Shown here in pieces: positions 46,224 to 57,008 of a stretch of 64,000 bases of DNA (its first letter is position 1; every line of letters starts with the position of its first letter). Both the position numbers and the translations under genes were made by a program. The notes beneath the pieces are model-generated. The model ran no database searches, was not told where the DNA came from, and worked only from the letters and a program-made list of their open reading frames with translations. The DNA is taken from the NCBI GenBank assembly GCA_964019425.1, contig OZ025796.1, positions 372,001 through 436,000 of the forward strand. The letters are read 5' to 3'. The DNA is from Flectonema sp. DT1601 (Eukaryota).

Positions 46224-46937
46224 ACATAAAAAGAAGGAAACTCTTGCTAAACATAAATTTATTCTGGTGATGGTTCTGATATTTGCTCTTTCGTTTTTTG
46301 ATTTTTTTTCGCAAGTCTTGACTCACGTGCTCTTGGAATTGACGAGATCGCGTGAGAAAAGCTATTGTCAAGATTTGTTTTTAATTTTCGAAAACTCGCG
46401 AAGAAACTGTTCCTCCTCTCGTATTCTTTTTACCTCCCCTCCTTTTTTTTTTTATATCCCCCAGGCGCAGAAACATATCCCAGTCGAAAGGGACTGTTTT
46501 CAGGCGTTGAGGGGGAAACAAAAAAAAAAAAAAAAAAAAAGGGTTTTTCTATTTCAGCTCTGAAGATAAACATACAGAGCGGGAATTTAATGTTTTCATT
46601 ATCTTCACTGATCATTTCATTTCATTTTAATTTGCTTTCTCTTTCATTTCAATTCTAGCTCTGAAGATAAAAATATAGGGCAAACCATTTAATGTTTTCA
46701 TTATCTTAATTCCTGTTGGAGTCTATTTTTATGTTAACTTCATTTCATTATTTCAAGAGTCTCATTATTACTATGCAGGTGTGTGTTGTTAAACCGAACC
46801 GAATTAAATAATCATTTAACTCTGGTCACTACTACGTGAGGGTCTGTCTACCGGTGGCTCTACGTTTTCTGTACTCGGGTAGCAAATATTTCCTATAAGC
46901 ATTTGACTTCCATAACAGCAACAACCCATCACATGCA

Positions 46938-48575
46938 ATGCAGGTAAATAACAAGTCACCTCCACTTGCTCTTGGATCTCTGGTGGTGATCTGGGGGCTA
47001 TCACAAAAAGTTGAATTAAATGATAAGATATGTCGGGTTTTGAGAATACGAGAAACCAAAGTTGATACGTATGAAGTTGCGTTGTTGTCGACGGGTGAAA
47101 AATATAATGTAATGGTGAGGAATTTGTTTCAAATTACTGAAAAGAAAGTAATTCGTGAAAAGGGAACACTAATTGGATTAAATTTATCAGGACGTCATAT
47201 AACTGGAGTTAATAAGCTTTCAGCAGCTCATAAGTGTGGCATCAGTGCTCCTTGTCGTATCGAACTTATAGATACTGTTATAGTACAGACTGCAGAACAC
47301 TTTAAAGATTTGGTTAAAAATAAGGATCAATTCGTTCTGGGATACTCTCGCATACCTCAACCAATACAGACTAGAGTTCAGCAGAAAAAACCATTCATTT
47401 CATGTAGTTGTCTCTGTCAACTCTGTATGGTATTTATGTTAATGTTGTGTATAATTATTGGGGTCTCATATGCGTTGTACTCTCACTTTGAGGGATCTAA
47501 CGGACAACATCAATTCAAATTTCAATATCAACACGGGGCTGGTGGTCAATACCACCAACGTGAGACACGAGAAGCTGTCAAAGATGTCGAACTTACTAAT
47601 TACTTTGAGGTACTTGGCATTACAAAACAACCTTCTGAAGTAACTAATCGTGATATAAATGATGGATACCAGAAAGCTTCACGAAAATATCATCCAGACA
47701 AGAACAGCGATCCTTCAGCCGCGGGCATCTACACTCAGGTGCGAGAAGCGTATGACGTTTTAAAAAACCCTCGCAGACGAGCTATATTTGAAGCCTTCGG
47801 TATTAATGACAAGCTTCATGAGAAACTACTTCCAGAGCGTGCTGGAAACGACGTATCTTTTGAACTTCGAATTAATTTCGAAGATTTATATAATGGAGCA
47901 TCCCATTCGGTTTCTGTTTCAAGACATAAATTAAATAATCAAAAACACGTTGTACGATGCCAGTCTTGTAAAAAACAACCACCAGAATACCAACGATCAA
48001 TGTTTGGTATGATGCAAGTCGGACCCGACTGCAGGTCGGTGTGTCAAACAACTACTCAGCAACTGGTAACTGAGTACGTCGACTTAACGATTGATATTGA
48101 AAAAGGAATGAGATCTGGTGAACAAATTCGATTTCCGTACATGGGTAATCGTTACGTTGATTATATACCGAGTGACATCGTGTTTACTATTTCTCCTTTA
48201 AAACATGAAATTTTTACCAGACGTGGATCGAACTTATACGTTGACCTGACTATTTCTCTTTTGGATGCTGTCGTTGGATTCCAAACTACGATTCCTCATT
48301 TAGATTCTCACAAGGTATCTATTTCTGCTAAAGAACCTTCACCGCATGGTACGATTCTCTCTTTTAAGGGAGAAGGCATGCCCTCAGTTGAAGGTGATGT
48401 TGGGGACCTCATGGTTACTCTAGGTGTAGCATTCCCGAAAACTATAACTGCGCAACAGAATACCGACTTAATTAAATTATTCGTGTCTATCGACGGTGAA
48501 GAATCCGTCGCAGAACAGCTCCAAAGGGATGCAAATGAAGACAGCGAGGAGGACACAGAAGAAGAGCTGTCATAA
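46938..48575 (+). CDS. Membrane-anchored DnaJ/Hsp40 (ERdj3-like J domain plus C-terminal substrate-binding domains)
   Basis: Hydrophobic helix at aa ~160-182; NYFEVLG..KYHPDKN..EAYDVL; CQSC/CRSVC; IEKGM..GEQIRF, GSNLY, ISLLDAVVGF and KGEGMP..GDL. Confidence 0.9.
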   Translation: MQVNNKSPPLALGSLVVIWGLSQKVELNDKICRVLRIRETKVDTYEVALLSTGEKYNVMVRNLFQITEKKVIREKGTLIGLNLSGRHITGVNKLSAAHKCGISAPCRIELIDTVIVQTAEHFKDLVKNKDQFVLGYSRIPQPIQTRVQQKKPFISCSCLCQLCMVFMLMLCIIIGVSYALYSHFEGSNGQHQFKFQYQHGAGGQYHQRETREAVKDVELTNYFEVLGITKQPSEVTNRDINDGYQKASRKYHPDKNSDPSAAGIYTQVREAYDVLKNPRRRAIFEAFGINDKLHEKLLPERAGNDVSFELRINFEDLYNGASHSVSVSRHKLNNQKHVVRCQSCKKQPPEYQRSMFGMMQVGPDCRSVCQTTTQQLVTEYVDLTIDIEKGMRSGEQIRFPYMGNRYVDYIPSDIVFTISPLKHEIFTRRGSNLYVDLTISLLDAVVGFQTTIPHLDSHKVSISAKEPSPHGTILSFKGEGMPSVEGDVGDLMVTLGVAFPKTITAQQNTDLIKLFVSIDGEESVAEQLQRDANEDSEEDTEEELS

Positions 48576-48631
48576 GGCGTATTTTATTCACCAGCTATGC
48601 ATTCAGCCTCATTATTTGTACCTTTTTATAT

Positions 48632-50411
48632 GAGGCGGTGCAGAAACCCCCCCCCCCAATTTTTACCAGGCTATTCTGTGGGCACCTAATACCCAATCCG
48701 AGCTCACCACCCCACGAAAATACTATCCAAAAAACTCAAATCCGGTACTGGGGCATCCTCTAACTGCTCACCAGTTTCAAAATTCTATATTTTTTGACTG
48801 TTTCTGGTACTTTTGCCTTGTATCTCTGTTGGTTGCCCTCAAAATACTCAAAAACCAGCTTAGCAGCTACATTGCAGAAATTTGTTTAAACCCTGGGTTC
48901 CTATGAAGACTGGAATGATAGGAACAGGAGAAGTGATGAGACAGGAGAATCATAGATCCCGTGAGAACTGCAGAGTACGATATCGGGTGGTGATTCTGAG
49001 TCACCCTTGCTGGCAGTGATGGGTTGAGCATGATGTGAGCATGCTGTTCACAATAAGTACACCCTCAGGATTACTGGAGTTTTTCTAGAATCTATAGCCG
49101 CTTGAGGACGCTGCTACAAGCTCTATGTTCCAGTGGCTGGGGATAGCAGAAGTGAATAAGACTGGGATAGTAGTAGGAAAGGAATTGTGGAAGAATAGGG
49201 ACAAGAAGGTGGAGTCAGTGGTTGCCTGTCAGTTGTAACACCTGACATGAAAAATCAGGTTCAATAAGAACTGGTAACCACTAGTGGTACCATAATATAA
49301 AACTCCTCCAAGTATCAAAAAAAAGGAGAGAGGCAGTTACTTTTACTGTTACTGTTGAAAACATGATGACCTCGTATCAACTAGTCGATAATAACTCCCC
49401 TCTAAAAGACACTATCTCATACACACAGTACTGTTCTCTACCTGGAGTTGAGTTTCAGCAGTTTCGGCGCTGTATGAATGTGTGCAACTACCGTCTCGCA
49501 GGCAGCAATCTCTGAAAGAAGCTTGCCTTCCCGGCATCTTCAGTATTCGCCACATGTATCTGTGATGTTGACAGACGTAATGGGTGGATCTCTGGGGCCT
49601 TCAACATCATCGTAACTTCCTTCTGGCGCTCATAAAGTCCGAAGCTGAGAAGCGAACAACAATGAGAGGAATTATTGAAATAGATTCTCACATTGGAGAT
49701 AAGAGACATGTCAGGTGTATTGAGAAGATACATCTAATCCATCCTGGTGACTATATCATGACTCTGGATTATAAAGAAAAGGACTTCTAATGACAGAAGG
49801 GCCAAATTCCCCTTTCTATCAACAGGGGAAATAGTCTGCTTGGATGTGTACTACATGAGCAGTTTGGAACTGAGGTTCAGTGTGGCCATAACAACTTCCT
49901 ACTCCCACACATCAACCAGAATACGATAGTAACGTATCCGGTTATGAATAAGTTCTTCTTGATGTCTGAGAATGATAAGATGATTCACTATTGGGCTGAT
50001 GCTGGTAGGCACCTTGAGAACACAACCGTCATCAGCCTGTTCTGTAAAATGGGTTAATCAGCTTGGGTTAACTTTTTCCCTAGTCGGCATGGCAAGTCCG
50101 AATGTGGTTGACACTTTGGCAATATCACATCTGTGCTGACACTCGAATCTAAATCGCAGGAAATCTGGGCCTTCAAGAAAAACAAAATTTCAAACATAAT
50201 TTCTACCAGTGCCACACAGCTTACAAGGCAAATGTTACTAGAAACAGTCAAAAAAGTGAAATTTTTAAACTGGTGGGCAGTAAAAGGGTGCCCCAGTACC
50301 GGATTTGAGTTTTTTGGATACTATTTTCGTGGGGTGGTGGGCTCGGATTGGGTGTTAGGTGCCCACGGGATAGCCTGGTAAAAATTGGGGGGGGGGTTTC
50401 TGCACATCCTC
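48632..50411 (+). mobile_element. Decayed Sola2-like DNA transposon with ~190 bp imperfect TIRs and ATAT target-site duplication
   Basis: ATAT|GAGG..gtgcagaaacccccccccccaatttttaccaggcta... is mirrored by ...tagcctggtaaaaattgggggggggggtttctgcac..CCTC|ATAT. Internal transposase remnants are present. Confidence 0.85.
49450..50150 (+). pseudogene. Degenerate DDD-type transposase fragment
   Basis: Manual translation gives MTLDYKEK, IHYWADAGRHL and VNFFPSRHGKSECG*HFGNI with stops, resembling Sola2 DF.EN / SDG / FFATSHGK..CD motifs. Confidence 0.7.
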
Positions 50412-50658
50412 ATATTACGCAACATTGCAGTTGCAAATATCCTTAATCTGATTATTTATTGTGGCTACCTATTATGCCTGTCCAGTAAAAGCAATATTAA
50501 TATATTTTTCTTATTGTTTTCGTATAAAACCAGTGTACAGCACATTTTTATTGCCAATCTTGGGAGAGATTTTTTAATTTTTTTCTGTAATGGCCCTGAT
50601 TAATCATTTTTTTTTTTTTTTTTTTTTGTTAGGGAGGGAAAAAAAAAAAAAAAAAAAA

Positions 50659-52299
50659 ATGAAATTAGCGATTTTTCTGAGTTGTATGCTTGTGGTGTCG
50701 GGTTCGCTTAAGGGAACAACTACCGCAAGTTACAAAAATGGAATCTGGGATTGTACAAGTGTGGAACCAACTGGTAATGACACATGTGTACCTTTGGGCG
50801 TTAATCAAAAAGGAAGTCTCTTTCGTTTGTCTTTTATAAAGTCTGGTTGTCCATCTGATTCTGCCAGCCACACAACGTGTCCAGGAGGAGACATGTCAAC
50901 AGATGTGAAGTTCGGAAAGTGTCCACCAATTGATAAAGCACCGTGGATCAGAAATTTAATTGTTCCAAATGGAACTGCTCAGTTCTTATCACCAATAGTA
51001 ACCACCTCGGGATGTATTACTGATTTCAGTATCGAAGATAGTTTTGGTGGAATAATTGAATTCACATTGTACTCTGTGTCATCAAGCTTTACTTCTGAGC
51101 TGTCAGAAATAACCTGTCCGGGTATATCTGATGCTTCTTTGAGAGATGTTATAAAGTGTACAGCGATAGCTTCACACAACAGCGAGTTGACATCTTTTGA
51201 TGAGATCGACAAAATTAAATTCACTCCAGCTTCGGGTGGGATGGTTTCCAGCTCGTCGTATCCCAGAATTGCTGGTCAGAATGTTTTGTTTGAGTTTGAC
51301 TATAAAATTTCAGCATATCCTTCATCGTCACTCGCTATGAATTATACGATGTTTTACATATCTCAAGGTGGTATAAAGAACTACCCACCCATGTTAGTTA
51401 CTCTTGATACCTCTTCTCATTCCTTACCAGATATTAAACCATCCTCTGATAGTTTGTTACAATGTGACTATTCAAGTGATAATTCAACTGTTGGTGATGA
51501 GACAAAGTTCACTCATTCTTGTAATGTATCCATGAACGATGCGATAGGACCAGTTAGTTATCGTTTGTCTGTTTTTGATATTTCAGTTTCTACAATGAAT
51601 CAACACGTTCCTTGTCAATCATCGTTTACGTCTCCTCAACTGTTAGCTGATGGAGTCTTTACTTTTGATGTTGTTAGAGAAGGATTGTGTTTGGGTAATA
51701 TTCCGACTTTTGTTCAAATTCAAATTGATAACCAAAACATTACTGCAGTTGATGATAAGGGAATTAAATCACACAACGGAATAGTGTTGTGGGATCAGGG
51801 AGGTCCGTTGCCATTAACTCCAGCTCCGCCTACGGTGACACCTCCAACGGCTTCTCCAACAACTGTGCCGCGTACGATAACACCTTTTACTAACTCACCA
51901 CCTTCTAATCCTCCAGAAAGCAGTGGTGGAATAAGCAAGACTGTCGGTATCATATTAGGAATTCTTGCTGTGGTAATTGGGATTGCACTTATTATTGCAA
52001 TCACTTGTTGTCTTGTACGTCATCGTCAGAGTAAGAATGCTGGTACGTTCAGTGTCTTGGCTTCCAACTCAATCAATCAATCAGGAAGGTCTTCATCACT
52101 TAAGGGGTCTTCATGGCACCAAGCTAACCCTCCAGGGTTTCATGATGATGAGGGTCCTTCAACACAATTGTTACTTCAGGATTTCTCAAAAACTGATGAC
52201 GGAGACGCAATAGCAATCAATGACTGTACTGATTATCAAGATGTCACTGGTGATGCTCGTAATTCGAACAGAAGTAGTCTTATAGATGTTGCAGAGTAG
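50659..52299 (+). CDS. Type I membrane glycoprotein of unknown function
   Basis: Signal peptide MKLAIFLSCMLVVSG (ATG 50659, preferred over 50590), Cys-containing ectodomain, P/T linker, one TM helix (VGIILG...ITCCLV) and a cytoplasmic tail. Confidence 0.82.
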   Translation: MKLAIFLSCMLVVSGSLKGTTTASYKNGIWDCTSVEPTGNDTCVPLGVNQKGSLFRLSFIKSGCPSDSASHTTCPGGDMSTDVKFGKCPPIDKAPWIRNLIVPNGTAQFLSPIVTTSGCITDFSIEDSFGGIIEFTLYSVSSSFTSELSEITCPGISDASLRDVIKCTAIASHNSELTSFDEIDKIKFTPASGGMVSSSSYPRIAGQNVLFEFDYKISAYPSSSLAMNYTMFYISQGGIKNYPPMLVTLDTSSHSLPDIKPSSDSLLQCDYSSDNSTVGDETKFTHSCNVSMNDAIGPVSYRLSVFDISVSTMNQHVPCQSSFTSPQLLADGVFTFDVVREGLCLGNIPTFVQIQIDNQNITAVDDKGIKSHNGIVLWDQGGPLPLTPAPPTVTPPTASPTTVPRTITPFTNSPPSNPPESSGGISKTVGIILGILAVVIGIALIIAITCCLVRHRQSKNAGTFSVLASNSINQSGRSSSLKGSSWHQANPPGFHDDEGPSTQLLLQDFSKTDDGDAIAINDCTDYQDVTGDARNSNRSSLIDVAE

Positions 52300-53517
52300 T
52301 AGACCTTATTGGTTATAGATTTTTTACTGTAAACCTTCTGAAGTTTAAATCACCAGAATAGGGAGGTTGTTTGCAAATTATCACAATTGTGATGACGTTC
52401 CATTATAGACGCTGCCGCTGTGTTCTTTGTGGTATTCCAATGCGTGAAGCTTGTCTTTGGTTGATTAGACTCCAATCAAAAAAAAAAAAAAAAAAAAAAG
52501 GAAAACAAAGGAAGGGGAAAAACCAAGGCGAGTGAAACTAGTCGCCAATAGGAATGTAATCTCGTTAAAGGGATTTTTTTTTATTTTATTTTTATACTTT
52601 TTATTATACATTTTCTTTAATTACGTTCTGTTCTGTAAAAAAAATTGATTCTTTTCTCAATAACTCGTCTACAGACCTTACCTACGTAATTTCGCAAGAG
52701 AACTAGACATATAGTTTTCTTTGTTATGTTATGTGTCGGTGGGAACTTATTTATTTTTTTTTTACACAATTGAACTATGGAAGCGAAAGCAACTTCGGTT
52801 TTTTTTTTTCTTTTCTTTTTTTTCTTTGAAGCAAATCAAAATCCAAACACCTGGTCACAAAACAAAACAAAAAAAAGTTTGAAATGCTTTTCCGAAAGCC
52901 GTGTCAAGGCAGAGGAGGGGGAAAAAAAAAAAAAAAAAAAAAAAGAAAAGAAATTTGGCATAAAATCACTTTTTTAGCCTTTTCAATTTGGCAAAAAAAA
53001 AAAACAAACAAAATATTCCCGAAATTGGAAGGCTGTGCTACCCCCGCTGTTGTTCCGATTGTGATGTGCAGCAGTGAACTTTTTTTTCTTCTTTTCTCTT
53101 CGTTTGTTTCGGTGCTTGCTTTGCAATCGTATTTTTTTTTCTTCTTTAACCCTGTATGTAATTCTCACTTGGTAATAGCCGACGCTACCTTGTTAGTTAT
53201 AGTAAAACACTTACAGTGAACTTTAGTAGTTTTACTTTTTAAAGTGTTCTATAAAATAATTAACTTGGGAGAGAGAACTACATAGTGGGTCGCAAATATG
53301 TTCTTTACGGTCTTTTGTTTGTTAATTATTTTTTCGTCCCCTCTCTTCTTCAAGATAAATCAATGCAAACCAAGTACAATCATTGTGAGAAGCAATTTTA
53401 AACGCATTTAATCATTTTTTCCCTCCCCCCTTTTTTTCAAAAAAAAAAAAAAAAAAAAGACAGGCAAGAAGGGAGGAAAGAACAATAAGGTTAAGCAGAC
53501 ATGCTCTCTGCTGTGGG

Positions 53518-55035
53518 ATGATCACTTCGGTGAAATGTGATTTTCCCTCATCACTTTTAAAGTCAGACATTCCAGATATAAAACTACAGGAAGAGTTGTT
53601 TTCCAGATATGGAACAACATTAGTGAATCTAACTGATAAGAGTGAGTCAAATGTACTTCATTATGCGAGCGGTGAGGGGAGGTTGTCTGTTGTTAAATGG
53701 CTAATTGAGAAAATTGGGATCAACGAAAAATCAATAAATAGCAAAGGAAGAACCCCATTACACTTATCAGCGAGATATGGACACATTGCTTTGTGTAAAT
53801 ACTTTATTGAAGAAATGAATGTTCCTGTCGACGTTAAAGCGGATTCTGCAGTGACGCCGTTTCACTTATCTTGTTGGCAAGGACACCTTGAAGTCGCAAT
53901 GTACCTACTCGCGTCTGGTGCTCAGGTTGATCAAGTCAATGAGTTCGGCTGTGGCACTGCTCATTGGATAGGACTTTGTCCTGTTTTTAATCAAAATAAC
54001 ATCTCATCGATATCACGTGAGATAGAAGACTCTGTCCTTCGACTTTGTCGTGAACTACATAACAGAGGAGTTCCATTTATAAAAGGAAATAATCAAGGTC
54101 ATACCCCGATGCATAAAGCAGCCTATGCTGGTAATTACGTTGTTTGTGAATTCTTAATAAACGAACTTCATCAAATGGATGACGTTAGAGATCACGGAGG
54201 CAATCTAGCGGCTGACTCTGCGGAGAGAACTGGACAGGTTTGGTTGTCTCGTTGGTTGCGAAGGATGGCTTCATCTGAAATGCGTTTCGCTTTCTCAGAT
54301 TTAAATCTGAGTTTTGAGAAGAAATATAATAAAAATCAAATCCACTCGGCATACTTAGAAACTGTTAGAGTAATCCATCCTGATAAACTAAACGGGTCTC
54401 ATGATCTCTTTAGAAAAACACAACAACAATACGAACTACTCTCTTTAACAACAACTGAAGAAGAAACGACTGATGAGCATCTCGTTGGGAATCTTTCACA
54501 AATTAGAAATCAACTCAACGGTTGTGAAAAAGAAATGTCAGCCGCAATCAATTCACTGCTACCAAAAACACTTGAGCTTCACAGAAGAAATCATCACCAC
54601 TCTTCATTGAAGTTGTTAAAATACAACTCACAGAAATCTATTTCTAAAGACACTGCTGAAACAACAAACAAAAACTGGTTTGTTGGAGACGAGGGGTGTG
54701 AACGGAGTAGACAATTGGCTGGTTGTCTGGATCAATTCGCAGCTCACTTGACTTCTTTATTAAATAATGAATTTAAAAATGATGGTGTGGACGCCTCTCG
54801 TCTCTCTCGTCAGCTGCAGAAATCATTTCAAGCTGCAGCGATTGATATAAAAATATTTGGAGAACGTCGGCTCACTGGATTACTTCGACGGATGCCACAC
54901 GTGGTTTCAGTTGTGTTGGACTCGTCAGGTACTGCGTTGCTTTACCCTCCTTGTGATCTGACTGAGAATGATGTCTTCGTAGTCAGTGAAAGAGGAGGCA
55001 AGAATAAGGGAACTTTCAAAATTCAAAAAAAATAG
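53518..55035 (+). CDS. Ankyrin-repeat protein with a J-like domain and probable C-terminal LOTUS/OST-HTH domain
   Basis: TPLHLSA, TPFHLSC and TPMHKAA ankyrin motifs; IHSAYLETVRVIHPDK (HPD); IDIKIFGERRLTGLLRRMPHVV. Confidence 0.82.
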   Translation: MITSVKCDFPSSLLKSDIPDIKLQEELFSRYGTTLVNLTDKSESNVLHYASGEGRLSVVKWLIEKIGINEKSINSKGRTPLHLSARYGHIALCKYFIEEMNVPVDVKADSAVTPFHLSCWQGHLEVAMYLLASGAQVDQVNEFGCGTAHWIGLCPVFNQNNISSISREIEDSVLRLCRELHNRGVPFIKGNNQGHTPMHKAAYAGNYVVCEFLINELHQMDDVRDHGGNLAADSAERTGQVWLSRWLRRMASSEMRFAFSDLNLSFEKKYNKNQIHSAYLETVRVIHPDKLNGSHDLFRKTQQQYELLSLTTTEEETTDEHLVGNLSQIRNQLNGCEKEMSAAINSLLPKTLELHRRNHHHSSLKLLKYNSQKSISKDTAETTNKNWFVGDEGCERSRQLAGCLDQFAAHLTSLLNNEFKNDGVDASRLSRQLQKSFQAAAIDIKIFGERRLTGLLRRMPHVVSVVLDSSGTALLYPPCDLTENDVFVVSERGGKNKGTFKIQKK

Positions 55036-55371
55036 TTTCCTACCCTCCATCATTATCTCACCTTCAAAACCTACGGTGACCGGATTCATGTCGTGTTAGC
55101 TTTGAGACACTTTTTCTCCGACAGCTTATCAAGAACGGAAATGCCAATCCCCCTTCGTTGAGCAATCGACTTCACTCCTCGTCATCAGAGATTCTGATAC
55201 TAATGTTTTTGTATCCTTTGCAACGAAAAAGGATTATCGCCGTGTGTTTTCAAATAGAAAATCCTCATCCATTTCAGAGTCTTGTAGTATACTGTTCATC
55301 GTTTTCGTTATTGTTAATTACTTCTTTTATTTTTTTAATAAAGGAAATAAGAACAAAAAAACTCTGCAAAT

Positions 55372-56766
55372 ATGGTGCTTATGCCAGAAGAAGAGCAAAA
55401 GGGAGAAGGTGAATCGAAAAAGCAATTCAACGAAATTGGTGTATGTGATGAACTCTGTTCAGCGTGTGAAGAGATGGGGTGGAGTGCACCAACCAGAATT
55501 CAGGTGGAAGCCATTCCTCCAGCATTAAAGGGAAAAGATGTCATTGGAATCGCCCAAACTGGAAGTGGAAAAACCGGAGCATTCGCTCTTCCAGTCATTC
55601 AAAAATTATTAGAAAAAAAACAAAAAACTTTCAACGTCTGTTTGGCAATGTCTCCAACAAGAGAATTATCAATCCAAATAAGAAATGTTTTTACTGATTT
55701 GGGACAACAAATAGGTCTGAGAGTAGTACCCCTGGTAGGTGGAATAAATATGACTCAACAGGCGATTGAACTCAGTAAGAGGCCTCATATTATAACTGGG
55801 ACACCTGGTAGAGTTAAAGATCATTTAGAGAACACGAAAGGTTTTAATCTCCGTAAGTTAGAATTCTTAATACTTGATGAGGCTGATCAAATGCTTGCCA
55901 TGGATTACGAGAAGGAACTGACTGCTATTTTGGAATTAATTCCTCGGAGTAGACAGACATTCTTATTCTCTGCAACGATGACTCAAAAAGTAGATAAATT
56001 ACAAAAAGCATCTCTCAGAGATCCAATAAAGATTGAATGTGCTGCAAAGTACAGCACAGTTGAAGAACTCACTCAACAATACGTTTTTGTCCCATTCAGT
56101 GAAAGAACTGCTTATCTTCATTATATTCTTTCACATGTTGCGAGTACTTCTGTAATTGTGTTCTGTGATGCGAGTCACGTAGTTCAGAAAGTTGCCTTAG
56201 CCCTTCGACTCCTTGGTCACAAAGCCCTTCCACTATACGGAAAACTTGACCAGTCTTACAGACTCGCTTCACTAGGAAAGTTTAAAGAAGGAAAAGCAAG
56301 AGTCTTGGTCTGCACAGATGTCGCCGCCAGAGGTCTTGACATCCCAAGTGTCGACATAGTTGTTAATTATGCATTACCATTAAGTACTAAACAATACATT
56401 CACAGAGTTGGTAGGACTGCGCGTGCAGGAGCATCAGGAAAGGCAATAAACATTGTAACTCAATATGATGTTGTTCAGATAAAGAAAATAGAATCACAAC
56501 TTGGTAAGCAACTCGAAGAGCTTCCAGTTGATGAAGAGAAGGTTGCCGCTTCCATGGACAGAATTGAACAAGCTGAACGTCAAGCAAACTCTGAAGTCAA
56601 GGAACAAGAACGAGACCAACGCGGTTTCTCTAAGCGCAAGTCAGGAGATGATGATGGTACTCACTTAAGCGAATCATATTCTCTGCAAAAACGCAGAAGT
56701 CAAAATGAAAAGTCTCATGGTTTTAACATTAAAAATGCTCGAAACAATCACAAGAAGAAGAAGTAA
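55372..56766 (+). CDS. RRP3: DEAD-box RNA helicase RRP3/DDX47 (18S rRNA processing)
   Basis: Q motif, AQTGSGKT, PTREL, TPGR, DHLENTKGFNL (family signature), DEAD, SAT, ARGLD and HRVGRTAR. Confidence 0.92.
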   Translation: MVLMPEEEQKGEGESKKQFNEIGVCDELCSACEEMGWSAPTRIQVEAIPPALKGKDVIGIAQTGSGKTGAFALPVIQKLLEKKQKTFNVCLAMSPTRELSIQIRNVFTDLGQQIGLRVVPLVGGINMTQQAIELSKRPHIITGTPGRVKDHLENTKGFNLRKLEFLILDEADQMLAMDYEKELTAILELIPRSRQTFLFSATMTQKVDKLQKASLRDPIKIECAAKYSTVEELTQQYVFVPFSERTAYLHYILSHVASTSVIVFCDASHVVQKVALALRLLGHKALPLYGKLDQSYRLASLGKFKEGKARVLVCTDVAARGLDIPSVDIVVNYALPLSTKQYIHRVGRTARAGASGKAINIVTQYDVVQIKKIESQLGKQLEELPVDEEKVAASMDRIEQAERQANSEVKEQERDQRGFSKRKSGDDDGTHLSESYSLQKRRSQNEKSHGFNIKNARNNHKKKK

Positions 56767-56807
56767 CCTTTGAGCTGTTTACCATATTGTAGTGACATGT
56801 GTTGGGG

Positions 56808-56840
<33 letters not shown>

Positions 56841-57008
56841 AAATTCACAAAAGAAAAAAAAAAGGAAAAAAAAAAAAAACTTTTTTCCTTTTATCTAGCC
56901 GTAGTCACACATCAATTCAATTATTGTTACGAATCATTTATTCTGTTTTAGTCAAGACGAGATAGTAGTGTTTTTGATATTTAAATTTAACAAACTCAGG
57001 CAACAGAT

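Noticed and set aside
46860..46885. tttctgtact as a spliced-leader remnant
   Set aside because: Only about 10 nt match, and the paralogous spacer reads ttttcttcact, so chance is likely.
48629..50414. Tc1/mariner assignment with a TA duplication
   Set aside because: ATAT duplication with GAG termini fits the ends equally well, and the transposase remnants resemble Sola2 motifs rather than DD34D/E motifs.
50590..50658. Upstream ATG of the membrane protein ORF
   Set aside because: It would encode poly-Phe/poly-Lys from homopolymers; ATG 50659 gives a proper signal peptide.
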